Part shown: in pieces, positions 29,898 to 39,349 of the stretch
Layout: each line of letters begins with the position of its first letter
Position numbering within the stretch: the stretch's first letter is position 1
NCBI GenBank assembly: GCA_016188785.1
Contig: JACPHD010000001.1
Span: forward strand, 26,300 to 90,299
DNA length: 64,000 nucleotides
DNA from: Parcubacteria group bacterium
Lineage (GTDB): Bacteria; Patescibacteriota; Patescibacteriia; Patescibacteriales; GWC2-42-12
Reading direction: 5' to 3'
Notes under the pieces: generated by a model
What the model was told of the DNA's origin: nothing
The model's input: only the letters and a program-made list of their open reading frames with translations
Database searches by the model: none
Program-made: the position numbers and the translations under genes

Positions 29898-29939
29898 AGC
29901 GATAAAACTTTTTAATTTATTACCCTCTCCGGTTAAACG

Positions 29940-30131
29940 CTAACGTAGCGATAGAAACCATAATGGCTGAAAAAATATGCCAAAATTGCCTTTAGTCAAA
30001 GTACTGCCTAAGCCGGCGCCGTTAGGCCCTAAAAAACCAAACACCTCGCCTTTGCCCACTGAAAAAGAAATATTATCCACGGCCGTAAGCGCGCCGAATT
30101 TTTTAGTTAAATTTTTTACTTCTATTATCAT
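29940..30131 (-). pseudogene. ABC transporter ATP-binding N-terminal fragment
   Basis: [29 protein letters not shown] breaks off inside Walker A (no KT) into unrelated sequence. Confidence 0.8.
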
Positions 30132-30253
30132 AGAAGCATCATAGCATTAACCAATTAAAGCTGGCAAAATCTATTGCCCTAATTACTGCCATGAGGTAAA
30201 ATGAAAAATAACAAAGGTCGGGAAAAATAAATTTATAATAATTTACAAATCAT

Positions 30254-30727
30254 ATGCTTAAAAAACTAACTATTTCAACATTAAGCCTGGCTCTGGCGGC
30301 CAGTTTGTCTTTGCCGGCCTTAGCCGAGGTTGACTATTCGGTCGCAACTTCGACTAATACAAAAAACGCGGCCGTAAAAGTCTGTAACCAAGCCTTTACT
30401 GCGGCAGTTAAAGCGGCCAACCAGACCTATAAAGCCGCGGTTAAAACGGCTAATGACGCTTATAAAACAGCTATTAAAGCCGCGGCTGACGCCCATAAAA
30501 CCGCAGTTCAAGCGGCCAATGACGCTTTTAAGGCTTCGGCCAAAACCAAAGATGACAAAGACGCTCTAAAAACCTCTAAAGCAGACGCTAAAAAAGCCCT
30601 TACTAAAGCGCTCAAAGATGCTAAAACCGCTCGCGGCGCGGCTCTAAAAACTGCTCGTGAAACGCAAAAAGCGGCTAAAAAAACCGCGGCCGACACCTTA
30701 AAAACCTGCCGCCAGAGCGCTAAGTAA
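30254..30727 (+). CDS. Secreted Ala/Lys-rich helical repeat protein
   Basis: Signal peptide ending in ALA; 11-residue repeats (AAVKAANQTYK etc.) bracketed by two Cys. Confidence 0.75.
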   Translation: MLKKLTISTLSLALAASLSLPALAEVDYSVATSTNTKNAAVKVCNQAFTAAVKAANQTYKAAVKTANDAYKTAIKAAADAHKTAVQAANDAFKASAKTKDDKDALKTSKADAKKALTKALKDAKTARGAALKTARETQKAAKKTAADTLKTCRQSAK

Positions 30728-30782
30728 TTGGCGATTCGCAAACTATAACAAAAATACCGGCTATAAAATCGGTTTGGCCATA

Positions 30783-31556
30783 TTATTTTATCAAAATTAT
30801 GGTGTGGCCTTCGGCATAACTATCGTCGCCCACATTCTCAATCGTATTCCAATCGCCCCACAGCTCCATGGCTTTGCCTACGTTAAAAGATTCTTCATTA
30901 AAGATCCAATGTTTTTTGTTGTCCGCGCCGATAGCGTAAATTTTTTGCGAAGACGGATTTTTGATAAGTTTCATAAGATTATTGCTAGTTATTATTGAAC
31001 TATTATATTCGCTGACTATGTCTTTAAGCAATTGCTCATAGGTGCGTCCGCTGGCCGCTAAGCCGCTTTTCGGGTCGGTTTTACGCGCCGGATCTAAAAT
31101 AAAATGCCCGGCCACGGCCGTGGCTGGATTTAACTTGAACTTATAGCAGACATAAGCCAAGACCCAGACATATCTTTTGTAGCTTTCAGCCGCGTTAATA
31201 TTAGAGCCATAGCAATATTCCACGCCGATGGCCGCGTCATTAGCGTCATAACCGTATAGTTCATTGTCTTTACTTACATTATATAGAACCTGCCAGGCTT
31301 TTTCCGGTTTGTCGCTCGTCAGGGCCGGAATGCATTCAATGATTTCTTTGTCATCGGTAAAAATATGGGCCGAGGCGTTAGCGTCATTGGCGGTTCTTTC
31401 ATAATATGCCACGTTGCCGGCCGCGGTTGAGTTGGGATTGCCCGTGTCATGCGCCACGACGAATTTAACGCCAGGAGATATTAAGAGACCTGACCGGCGG
31501 TTGGTATTATTAGTAAGATATCTGGTTATAATTGGGTATTTTTGTTTAAAGCTCAT
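30783..31556 (-). CDS. N-acetylmuramoyl-L-alanine amidase (Amidase_2)
   Basis: VAHDTGN, ASAH, IGVE, GH...RKTDP Zn-binding pattern; C-terminal surface-repeat tail. Confidence 0.85.
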   Translation of the reverse strand: MSFKQKYPIITRYLTNNTNRRSGLLISPGVKFVVAHDTGNPNSTAAGNVAYYERTANDANASAHIFTDDKEIIECIPALTSDKPEKAWQVLYNVSKDNELYGYDANDAAIGVEYCYGSNINAAESYKRYVWVLAYVCYKFKLNPATAVAGHFILDPARKTDPKSGLAASGRTYEQLLKDIVSEYNSSIITSNNLMKLIKNPSSQKIYAIGADNKKHWIFNEESFNVGKAMELWGDWNTIENVGDDSYAEGHTIILIK

Positions 31557-31570
31557 AAATTATTGTGTTA

Positions 31571-31740
31571 ATTTGCTAGTATTTTATGAATTAGCTCGAA
31601 CTGAATTCAAAAAAAGGTTTTAAACCAGCTTTTAAAAGCAAGAAATTCATTCACGGGCAAAGCCCGACTTTAGGCGACCGCGCCCGCCTTGACGCCGCAA
31701 GGCAGTCGGGCGGGTTTCAAGTTTTGGCGGCAAATTTTTT
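31571..31740 (+). repeat. Cassette-boundary element S0
   Basis: attttatgaattagctcgaactgaattcaaaaaaaggttttaaaccagcttttaaaagc...cgggcaaagcccga...tttcaagtttt..ggcggcaaatt; homologous to 34362-34572 and, inverted, to 39805-39973. Confidence 0.85.
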
Positions 31741-31745
31741 TAACA

Positions 31746-32212
31746 CTAGGGCTTTTCAGTTACAATTATAAACTTTTTTAAATCATCAACTGGGATAATT
31801 CTTTGTATATCCGAATGATAGATCATGCTATTTGTCGGTTTTAATTCCTCTCTGTGGCTAATTTAACATCAATACCTTTAGCTAAAATATTTTGATAATC
31901 TTTAAAGCGATCGTCAACTTTAACAGTTTCTGTTCTGGTTCTAAGCTTACTGGTTTTAATAGTCCAACCGTAACTTTCCAGGGTGTTAAATAAATATGTT
32001 TGATTTGACATTGCCTTGGTGGTTTCATGATTACCGCCCCTTTCTCTAACGGTCCCAATGTAAAATCTTTTGCCTGGATATGCCAATTCTCTAACGCCAA
32101 TTAAAAATTTAGCGAATTCATCATAATTAAAATCACTATCATGACAACCAATCCGTTTTAATGCGAGATTATAAAAATTACCGCCGTCAATAAATATTTG
32201 TACTTTGTCCAT
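31746..32212 (-). pseudogene. NYN-domain ribonuclease #2 with internal deletions
   Basis: FIDGGNFY...KGIDVKLAT, then loss of the SSD region; out-of-frame C-terminal remnant KPTNSMIYHSDIQRIIPVDDLKKF ends at 31746. Confidence 0.8.
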
Positions 32213-32247
32213 ATTTTAATGTTACACTGCAAGTAATTTTTTGGCAA

Positions 32248-32328
32248 TAAAAAAACCTGCACACCACCCCGAAGGGCAGGCGCAGGCGACTTCTATAATT
32301 ATTATAGCAAAATGCCGGCGCGTGTCAA
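32248..32328 (-). promoter_or_regulatory. Promoter + short leader hairpin (CUUCGG cap)/U-tract before NYN #2
   Basis: TTGACA-16-TATAAT (extended -10 TG), then cctgcgcctgcccttcggggtggtgtgcaggtttttt. Confidence 0.65.
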
Positions 32329-32333
32329 TGGTT

Positions 32334-33644
32334 TGCACTCGTCCATGTCATACTTAACACCAGGGAGTGCAAAATATGTTAAACCATAGTAATATCTGTA
32401 GATTTGGCCATTTAAGCCAAACTAAAGCTACAGATATTATGCAAACACAAGCTGAAATAAAATTAAACCCTTTGCGGTGTTATCTTTCGCCGGAGGCGAA
32501 AAAAAGATTAAAATGGATGTATCTTGTAAAATACGAATGTGCCAATAATATTTCGCAGGCGGCCAACCGCCTCGGCATTTCTCGCGTCTGGCTGTCTCAA
32601 ATTCACAGCCGCTGGCAGAAACATCGCGAAGACCCCAGGAGTCTGGAGCCGGAGTCAAAAGCGCCGCATGACACGAGCAACCGTAAACGGATTGATGAAA
32701 AAGTTGAAAATAAAATTGTTGAAATCAGAAAAAAATACCAGCCCTGGGGCAAAGACAAATTATCGGTCATTTTAAAAAGGGATTATCAATTAATGGCCGG
32801 AGCCTCCACCGTCAATCGCTATCTCGTAAAACATAACCTGATTGATCCGAAACTATCCGAGAAAAATAAACTGGCCTGGCAGAGAAAAAAAGAAAAGGCA
32901 AATCTGAAATTTAAAATGAGGCCGCCGGCGGTAATCAAAGATTACAAACCCGGGGCGCTCTTAGAAAAAGACATGAAATTAGTCCTGAAAATGGGTATAT
33001 TCACTAACATGAATAAGCATCGCGCTAAAGAAAACTTCTGGTATCAGCATACCTTAATTGATTCTTTTACCCGCGTCAGAGCCGTTGGTTTAGCCGAGGA
33101 TTCTAACAGCCAAACAGCGGTAGCGGTTCAGGAGCAGGCGGTAAGCCGCCTGCCCTTCGCCATCGCGGCGATAAACAACGACAACGGCGGTGAGAATGAA
33201 AAAGATTTCTCTGTTTATCTGGAAAAAGAAAAAGTGGCTCAATTTTTTTCCCGCGCCGGCACGCCGACAGATAACCCGCGTGTTGAACGCTCTCATCTAA
33301 CGGACGAACTGGAATTTTACGCCCAAGGCAATCTGCATAAAAATTTTAACGATCAGGCTAAGGCAATATCAGAATGGGAACACACTTACAATTTCGTCCG
33401 GCCGCATCAGGCTCTCGGCTATCTAACACCCATGGAATTTTACAGGCTCTGGCAGAAAAACCCCGAAGAGGCCCATCGGATTAAAAATAAATACAGCGCT
33501 TATCTTAAAAAACAAAGTCGTCGTTTGGCTAAATCCAGACAAATGAAAAACAAGGAACAAATTGAAAATCTAATGAAATTTATTGATAAAAAATTGTCAA
33601 AATCTAATTCTTAAAAGTGTTAATTATGTTCGTGGACTTGAACA
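32334..33644 (+). mobile_element. IS481-family insertion sequence
   Basis: Transposase plus imperfect terminal IRs (left ..gtccatgtcatacttaacac, right gtgttaattatgttcgtggacttgaaca); left end uncertain by a few bp. Confidence 0.75.
32367..33614 (+). CDS. IS481-family DDE transposase (HTH + rve integrase core)
   Basis: HTH, WGKDKL, IDSFTR, NDNGGE, PTDNPRVERSH, YNFVRPHQALGYLTP; the real start may be 32439. Confidence 0.9.
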   Translation: MQNMLNHSNICRFGHLSQTKATDIMQTQAEIKLNPLRCYLSPEAKKRLKWMYLVKYECANNISQAANRLGISRVWLSQIHSRWQKHREDPRSLEPESKAPHDTSNRKRIDEKVENKIVEIRKKYQPWGKDKLSVILKRDYQLMAGASTVNRYLVKHNLIDPKLSEKNKLAWQRKKEKANLKFKMRPPAVIKDYKPGALLEKDMKLVLKMGIFTNMNKHRAKENFWYQHTLIDSFTRVRAVGLAEDSNSQTAVAVQEQAVSRLPFAIAAINNDNGGENEKDFSVYLEKEKVAQFFSRAGTPTDNPRVERSHLTDELEFYAQGNLHKNFNDQAKAISEWEHTYNFVRPHQALGYLTPMEFYRLWQKNPEEAHRIKNKYSAYLKKQSRRLAKSRQMKNKEQIENLMKFIDKKLSKSNS

Positions 33645-34286
33645 TGTTATCAATGTTAAATTTGCTTTTCTCTATATCATCGTCATTATTAAGGTTTTTA
33701 ACCACTAAAAATACTTTTATTTTATCCTGAAAATTTCCTTGATTTTATTAACATTTTCTTTGGCCGCGAAAAAAGCTTCAATAAAAGCTGATTTAGGTAT
33801 CATTCTGCCTTCTAAGGCTTCTCTCTTTTTCGTAAAATCCCAGGCAATTATTGGATCCTGGTATATATAGAATATCACAACCGGCCGCGAATGGTCTAAC
33901 GATCTTTTAACATTTTTATAAGAAACATCATACTTGGAAAACGTCCCATCAACTATCGCCTCTAATTTCTTGGCGAGAATATGGTCATACAGCTTTTCAA
34001 CTCCAATTGAAGAAGCACCTTGGACAACATCAGAATTCTTACCATTATATTGAGGCATAATTTCTTTGATTTCATCGGCGTCGATCCTAACTAATTTCTT
34101 ATCCAATATTTTGGCTAAATTTTTAGAGAATTCGGTCTTGCCCGCCCCCGGCGAACCGGCCATAAAAATAGTAACTGGATTTACAATCGATTTATAAAAA
34201 TCAGGCTTAGCAAATTTTTCAATTAACAACTTTCTATTTTTCTTTATAAATTTTTTTGCTTCTTCCGCTTCTTTAATATTTATCAT
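33645..34286 (-). pseudogene. Zeta-toxin-like P-loop kinase, frameshifted and truncated by the IS
   Basis: MAGSPGAGKT, IDADEIK, VDGT, REALEGR. A one-base frameshift near 33731 would extend it (QDKIKVFLVVKN...NIDN) exactly to the IS right end. Confidence 0.75.
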
Positions 34287-34337
34287 GCTTTTATTATATC
34301 ATAAAATAATAAAAATATTAAAGAAACCAAAATATCA

Positions 34338-34572
34338 CTTTATATTGGGAGCTTTGCTCAAGTTGGCTGGCATTTTACGAATTAGCTCGAACCGAATTTA
34401 AAAAAAGGTTTTAAACTATCTTTTAAAAGCGCCTCTGCCGGCAGGCAGGCGCCCCCGCTTTTAAAAGCAAACATTTTCCCGCGGGCAAAGCCCGATTTCA
34501 GGCGATTTCAAGTTTTTCTGCAGGCGAAAGCCCTCTCCGCCCCGCTTCTGCTGGGCGATTTGGCGGCAAATT
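34338..34572 (+). repeat. Cassette-boundary element S1, including a 32-bp direct repeat of the tRNA-Gln 3' flank
   Basis: 34338-34369 matches 40014-40045 at 27/32; continues gcattttacgaattagctcgaaccgaatttaaaaaaaggttttaaac... Confidence 0.85.
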
Positions 34573-34613
34573 ATTTTTTGTTTTATATCTACATTTGGAA
34601 CTAAGATTATAAA

Positions 34614-36131
34614 TTAATAATTGATAATTGGAAAACCTCTTGAACTTAAGATATTATTGAACTCTTTTCGAAATAAGAATACCGCGTTTTTTCTTTCTTT
34701 CTTGTAAAGAGTATTCACAAAAGGGTCAAAATCCCAATTCGTGTATTCTGGCGTAGCAAGTTTACTTTTCATAAATTTTTTAATACCAACAGCCTGCATT
34801 ATTTGCACTATTTCCTCGAATTCACGAATACCACATAAGGAATAAGGCATTTCTTCTAACCACTCTTTAGGCAATCCATTTTGTCTTAATTTTTCTATGA
34901 CTTTATTTTTTATTTCTTGGTAAATAGGATCTGCAAATGAATACCACTCCTCTAATGTCAAAATAACTGGATAAATTTCCCTTTTTTTGTCATATGGAAA
35001 ACTTGGATACTGTTTATCTATATGATCTTTTATGGTTTTATAAACCTGAACTATCGCATCAGAAATCTTTTCAAGTTCTTTGTCTAATAATAAAGTATCA
35101 TTTAATTCTATTTTTGCTGGTACAATTAGCCTTTTTGTCTTACATTCAATAAATAATGCGGCATCTTTTTCGTCTAATATCCAATCAACCGTATTTTTTT
35201 TATTTTTCTTCGGCCCATATTCTTCTTCGGGATAAATTGTCATTTTCTTATTGGCTTTATTTAATACCTCGCCAACATATTTCTGGAAAGTAAATCCAAA
35301 AGGTTTGTCAAAATCTTTTTCGCGACAAATCTCATAATAAATTCCGCTGGTAAACCGCCAATATAATAAAGTAGTCAATGGACAAAAGTAAACATTATCT
35401 CCTTTTAATTTATTTTTTATTATTGGGTATAATCTTAACATATAAGTATTATAAGCAAATTTTTCATCAACTGAGTGTTCACTTTGTATAATTTTTTTAA
35501 AATCATCCAGATCAATAGAAATTATGTTAAATAATTTTTTTATCTCATCATTAGTTATCCCTTTTATATTCGTACTAAATGGTTCTTTGATGATAAAATT
35601 ATTCTTGTAATGACCAAGTAGTGATGCGCCCATTAAAAATAAATTTTCGTAGTGTAAGCCGACTTTTTTATATAATATTTTATCAATGTCCAGTTCGTTA
35701 AAAATTCTATAATATCTATAAAAATACATGAGATTAATATTTAATTGCCACGGGAACTGTCTATGCGCAAGTCTAAACAATTCCTTTAAAACATTATTTT
35801 TATCAACATGACATAATTTATTTTCAATTTCCTTGATTTTATTTATTGCGCCAATAAAGTAATTCCATTTTTTTAATGTTTCCAATCCCTTTTCAGTATC
35901 TTGCGAATTAAGTATAATTTCACGCAATAAAAGTTCTAATTCCCATTGGTAAATCCTTTTTTCAGGTAAAGTTTTTGCATTAATAAATTCTGGTATAGTC
36001 TCGATATCGTTAGGAAACGAATTTCCAAATTGCAGATGGTTCGAATAAGCCCATATTACACAAAATGATTCATTTATGCTAAGTTTTCTTAAATGATTTT
36101 TCAATGGTTTGTATAATGAGTAATTATCCAT
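34614..36131 (-). CDS. Hypothetical protein with a C-terminal PD-(D/E)xK-like nuclease motif
   Basis: 505 aa, low GC; FQKYV...VDWILD...LFIECKTKRL...AIVQ pattern. Confidence 0.6.
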   Translation of the reverse strand: MDNYSLYKPLKNHLRKLSINESFCVIWAYSNHLQFGNSFPNDIETIPEFINAKTLPEKRIYQWELELLLREIILNSQDTEKGLETLKKWNYFIGAINKIKEIENKLCHVDKNNVLKELFRLAHRQFPWQLNINLMYFYRYYRIFNELDIDKILYKKVGLHYENLFLMGASLLGHYKNNFIIKEPFSTNIKGITNDEIKKLFNIISIDLDDFKKIIQSEHSVDEKFAYNTYMLRLYPIIKNKLKGDNVYFCPLTTLLYWRFTSGIYYEICREKDFDKPFGFTFQKYVGEVLNKANKKMTIYPEEEYGPKKNKKNTVDWILDEKDAALFIECKTKRLIVPAKIELNDTLLLDKELEKISDAIVQVYKTIKDHIDKQYPSFPYDKKREIYPVILTLEEWYSFADPIYQEIKNKVIEKLRQNGLPKEWLEEMPYSLCGIREFEEIVQIMQAVGIKKFMKSKLATPEYTNWDFDPFVNTLYKKERKNAVFLFRKEFNNILSSRGFPIINY

Positions 36132-36153
36132 AATATTTATAAAATTAAATGTT

Positions 36154-36182
36154 TTGACTTCGGTAAATCTTCGGTATATACT
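36154..36182 (+). promoter_or_regulatory. sigma70 promoter of lexA-MTase with a CTTCGGTA direct repeat (candidate operator)
   Basis: TTGACT-tcggtaaatcttcggta(17)-TATACT. Confidence 0.7.
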
Positions 36183-36219
36183 ATAAATATAACATGTGGA
36201 TAAATAATGTCAAATAACT

Positions 36220-38712
36220 ATGCCTACTCTAACGAAGAGACAAAAGCAAATTTTAGACTTCATTCGTGAGTATATTAATAAACATAATATATCCCCTACC
36301 TTTGAAGAAATTAAAAAACATTTTAGATTATCTGCGCTATCTACCGTACATCAGCATATTGAAGCATTAATCAAAAAGGAATTTTTAGTAAAAAATAATA
36401 ACTTATCAAGAGGACTCGAGTTAAAAACAAAAGGGGAAGACATAGTTGAAATTCCTTTACTCGGCGTGATTGCTGCTGGTCAACCGATCGAAGTCTTTGA
36501 AGAACACGAGACTATAACCGTTCCGCGCACCAATTTATCTAACGCCGGTGAACATTTCGCATTGAAAGTACAAGGCAATTCCATGATTGATGAAGGAATT
36601 TTTAATGGCGATACTGTAATTATCAGAAAACAAAATACGGCCAGCAACGGAGAAACTATAGTGGCTATAATAAATGGCAATGAAGCGACATTAAAAAAGA
36701 TATATAGATTTCAAAATGGTTTTAGGTTACAACCGGCGAACCCAGAAATGAAACCGATCTTTGTAAAAAGTTTGCTTGTCCAAGGTAAAGTTGTAAGTGT
36801 TATAAGAAACTTTGAAAACAATACTATCATTGAACAAATTTCTAGCAATGAAGAATATATTGTTTCCAAAGAATATTCGGAAAAAGGTATAAATTTAGAT
36901 CAGCTCATAAGTGAGCTGGTAAATTTTAGAGATATTATAATATTTAAATACGGCTTTAATACAGCAGATGATTTTTTAAAAACACAAATTATTGACGGCT
37001 TAATTCTACAAGAAATTTTTAAGCACATCGCAAATAAAAAAAATGTAAATACTAACATCCAAGCAATAAACGAAATACTGAAAGAACTAAACCTAAATCA
37101 TGTAGAATTTACAAAGGATGATATAAAAATTTTTGGGGATATTTTAAAAAAATACAATTTTAGTAGCTGCGATGATGATGTGCTTGGTTTTATATATCAA
37201 AGCATTAGGCCCCAGAGTGGCAGAAAAGATGATGGCCAATATTACACCCCCAAAAAAGTAGTTAAATATATTTTAAATAATGTAAAAATAAATTTAAAAG
37301 AAAACAAAAATTTAAAAATTTTAGACCCAGCCTGTGGATCCGGACAATTTTTGCTGGAAACATACGATATTTTGTATAACCAATACAAAACAATGGGTGA
37401 AAAAAACGAAGCGGACATCCATTACAAAATCATTAATAATCACTTACTTGGCTTTGATATAGATAAAATCGCCGTGAGTTTGGCTAAACTTAATTTATTT
37501 CTAAAATCAAAAGGTACGTATACAGAAAAATTTAATATTTTAATAACAAATACGCTTAAGCGAGATTCTAACTTACTAGAACCAAATCAATTGGACAAAT
37601 ACAAAGGCAGTATTGATTTTGTAGTGGGCAACCCTCCCTGGGGAGCAAATTTAAATGAAGAACAAAAAAAATATTATAAAAAGCATTATGATATAGGAAA
37701 AAATGGATTAAACACATTTACTCTTTTTATTGAACGTGCTTTTGATTTTCTTAAAAAAAATGGAAAATTAGGATACTTAATACCTGAGGCCTATCTAAAA
37801 ATTAAAGTGCACCAACTTTCTCGCCTGCAAATATTAAATAGAGCCAAGATACTACTCCTTGGAATTAGCGGGGATATATTTCAAAAAGTTTACGCTCCTT
37901 GTTTAGTAATAATTTTCCAACAAGAAAAAGATAAAACAGCCAGGGAAAAAAATGAAATAAATATAGAAAATGGAGTTTTCAACGGACATGAAGAACATAA
38001 GACGATAATTCAAAAAAATTTTGAAAAATCCGCTGAAAATATTTTTAACATCAACCAAGTCGGCGAAACTGAAGAAATACTAAACCATATCCTTGAACAA
38101 AAAAATTATTATCTTAAAGATAACGCATTATTTATATTAGGTATCGTAACCGGTAACAATAAAAAGTATCTAATCCGAGAAAAGAAAGACAATAAATATT
38201 CCCCTATTATAGTGGGCAAAGATATAAGCAAATATAAAATCAACTTCAGCGGCAATTATTTTATCTATGACAAAAACATACTCCAGCAAATTGCTCCGAA
38301 AGAATATTATACCGTACCTGAAAAAATTATTTACAAGTTTATTGGAGAAAAAATCACATTTGCTTATGACGATAAACAATATTTTACTTTAAACAATGCT
38401 AATGCATTCGTGCCTAAAATAGAAAAAATAAAAACCAAATATATTTTGGCCTTATTAAATTCAAAATTGATGCAATTTTTTTACAATAAATCTTTTTTTA
38501 CCGTAAGAGTACTCCGTGGCAATTTAGAAAAATTGCCTTTAGTTTACGCGGATCAAAAAAAACAAGAACAAATTATCAGCCTAGTTAATCAAGCAATAAA
38601 TTCAGAAGAAGATAGAATACTAAAAATAATTTTAGACAAAATTGACGACGAGGTATTCTCTCTTTATAAAATATCAAAAAAGTGGCAACAATATATTTGT
38701 AAAGAGACATAA
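36220..38712 (+). CDS. LexA repressor fused to a gamma-class N6-adenine DNA methyltransferase (Eco57I/TaqI-like)
   Basis: aa 1-200 is a full LexA (LTKRQ HTH, IAAG-QP, GNSM, ATLKK); then YYTP, ILDPACGSGQF, VGNPPW and a TaqI_C-like TRD (YILALLNSKL). Confidence 0.9.
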   Translation: MPTLTKRQKQILDFIREYINKHNISPTFEEIKKHFRLSALSTVHQHIEALIKKEFLVKNNNLSRGLELKTKGEDIVEIPLLGVIAAGQPIEVFEEHETITVPRTNLSNAGEHFALKVQGNSMIDEGIFNGDTVIIRKQNTASNGETIVAIINGNEATLKKIYRFQNGFRLQPANPEMKPIFVKSLLVQGKVVSVIRNFENNTIIEQISSNEEYIVSKEYSEKGINLDQLISELVNFRDIIIFKYGFNTADDFLKTQIIDGLILQEIFKHIANKKNVNTNIQAINEILKELNLNHVEFTKDDIKIFGDILKKYNFSSCDDDVLGFIYQSIRPQSGRKDDGQYYTPKKVVKYILNNVKINLKENKNLKILDPACGSGQFLLETYDILYNQYKTMGEKNEADIHYKIINNHLLGFDIDKIAVSLAKLNLFLKSKGTYTEKFNILITNTLKRDSNLLEPNQLDKYKGSIDFVVGNPPWGANLNEEQKKYYKKHYDIGKNGLNTFTLFIERAFDFLKKNGKLGYLIPEAYLKIKVHQLSRLQILNRAKILLLGISGDIFQKVYAPCLVIIFQQEKDKTAREKNEINIENGVFNGHEEHKTIIQKNFEKSAENIFNINQVGETEEILNHILEQKNYYLKDNALFILGIVTGNNKKYLIREKKDNKYSPIIVGKDISKYKINFSGNYFIYDKNILQQIAPKEYYTVPEKIIYKFIGEKITFAYDDKQYFTLNNANAFVPKIEKIKTKYILALLNSKLMQFFYNKSFFTVRVLRGNLEKLPLVYADQKKQEQIISLVNQAINSEEDRILKIILDKIDDEVFSLYKISKKWQQYICKET

Positions 38713-38716
38713 ACGA

Positions 38717-39349
38717 TTAAATAATTGCCGAGAATAAATTTCTTGGTTCGGTAGCAGATTCTTTCATCTGCTCGTAACCTGGGTGCCATTGATAAGTCGC
38801 ATTTGAACCTGTGGTACTGTGCTGTGGAGAAAATTTTGCGCCAAAAATCGGTTTGCCGGCCCTAATATCTCTTTTATTTAAAACCCAATAAAATTTTCCC
38901 TCTGGCGTTATTCCTAAAAAAATATAGTAATTAATCCTTGGGTCTTTTAAACGTATTTGTTCAAAAATAAACTTATTGCCTTGATAAATAGTGGCTGTTT
39001 TAACTTCTATATATTTATTCTTTTTCAATTCTAAAAAATCAGGATTCAATTGATTTTGGTTTCCTCTCTCGAACTTTTTAAGTGCATCTTTACCAGCAAC
39101 ATTCTCGTAATCGGCTCGAAATAAATCCTCTCCGGCACAACCTATTTGGCGTGAACGCAAAAGTTTAAATCGTAAATACAAATCAGCATCCTCAACTTCT
39201 TTGGTTATAGAGATACCTTTTGTCATGGCGAAACCCAAAACAAATTGATAGTTACCTTCATTAATTTTATCTTTCAATAAATCATCCACATCAACGCCTT
39301 TCAGGTGAGCGTCATAAAACCGATTAAATATTTCTTCAATAGTTTTCAT
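38717..39349 (-). CDS. Putative type II restriction endonuclease
   Basis: G..GE, PDF...IEVKTA, FEQIR PD-(D/E)xK pattern; convergent with the MTase and coupled (ATGA overlap) to the HTH gene. Confidence 0.65.
   Translation of the reverse strand: MKTIEEIFNRFYDAHLKGVDVDDLLKDKINEGNYQFVLGFAMTKGISITKEVEDADLYLRFKLLRSRQIGCAGEDLFRADYENVAGKDALKKFERGNQNQLNPDFLELKKNKYIEVKTATIYQGNKFIFEQIRLKDPRINYYIFLGITPEGKFYWVLNKRDIRAGKPIFGAKFSPQHSTTGSNATYQWHPGYEQMKESATEPRNLFSAII

Noticed and set aside
30783-31556. Prophage lysis module
   Set aside because: No holin, structural, terminase or phage replication genes nearby.
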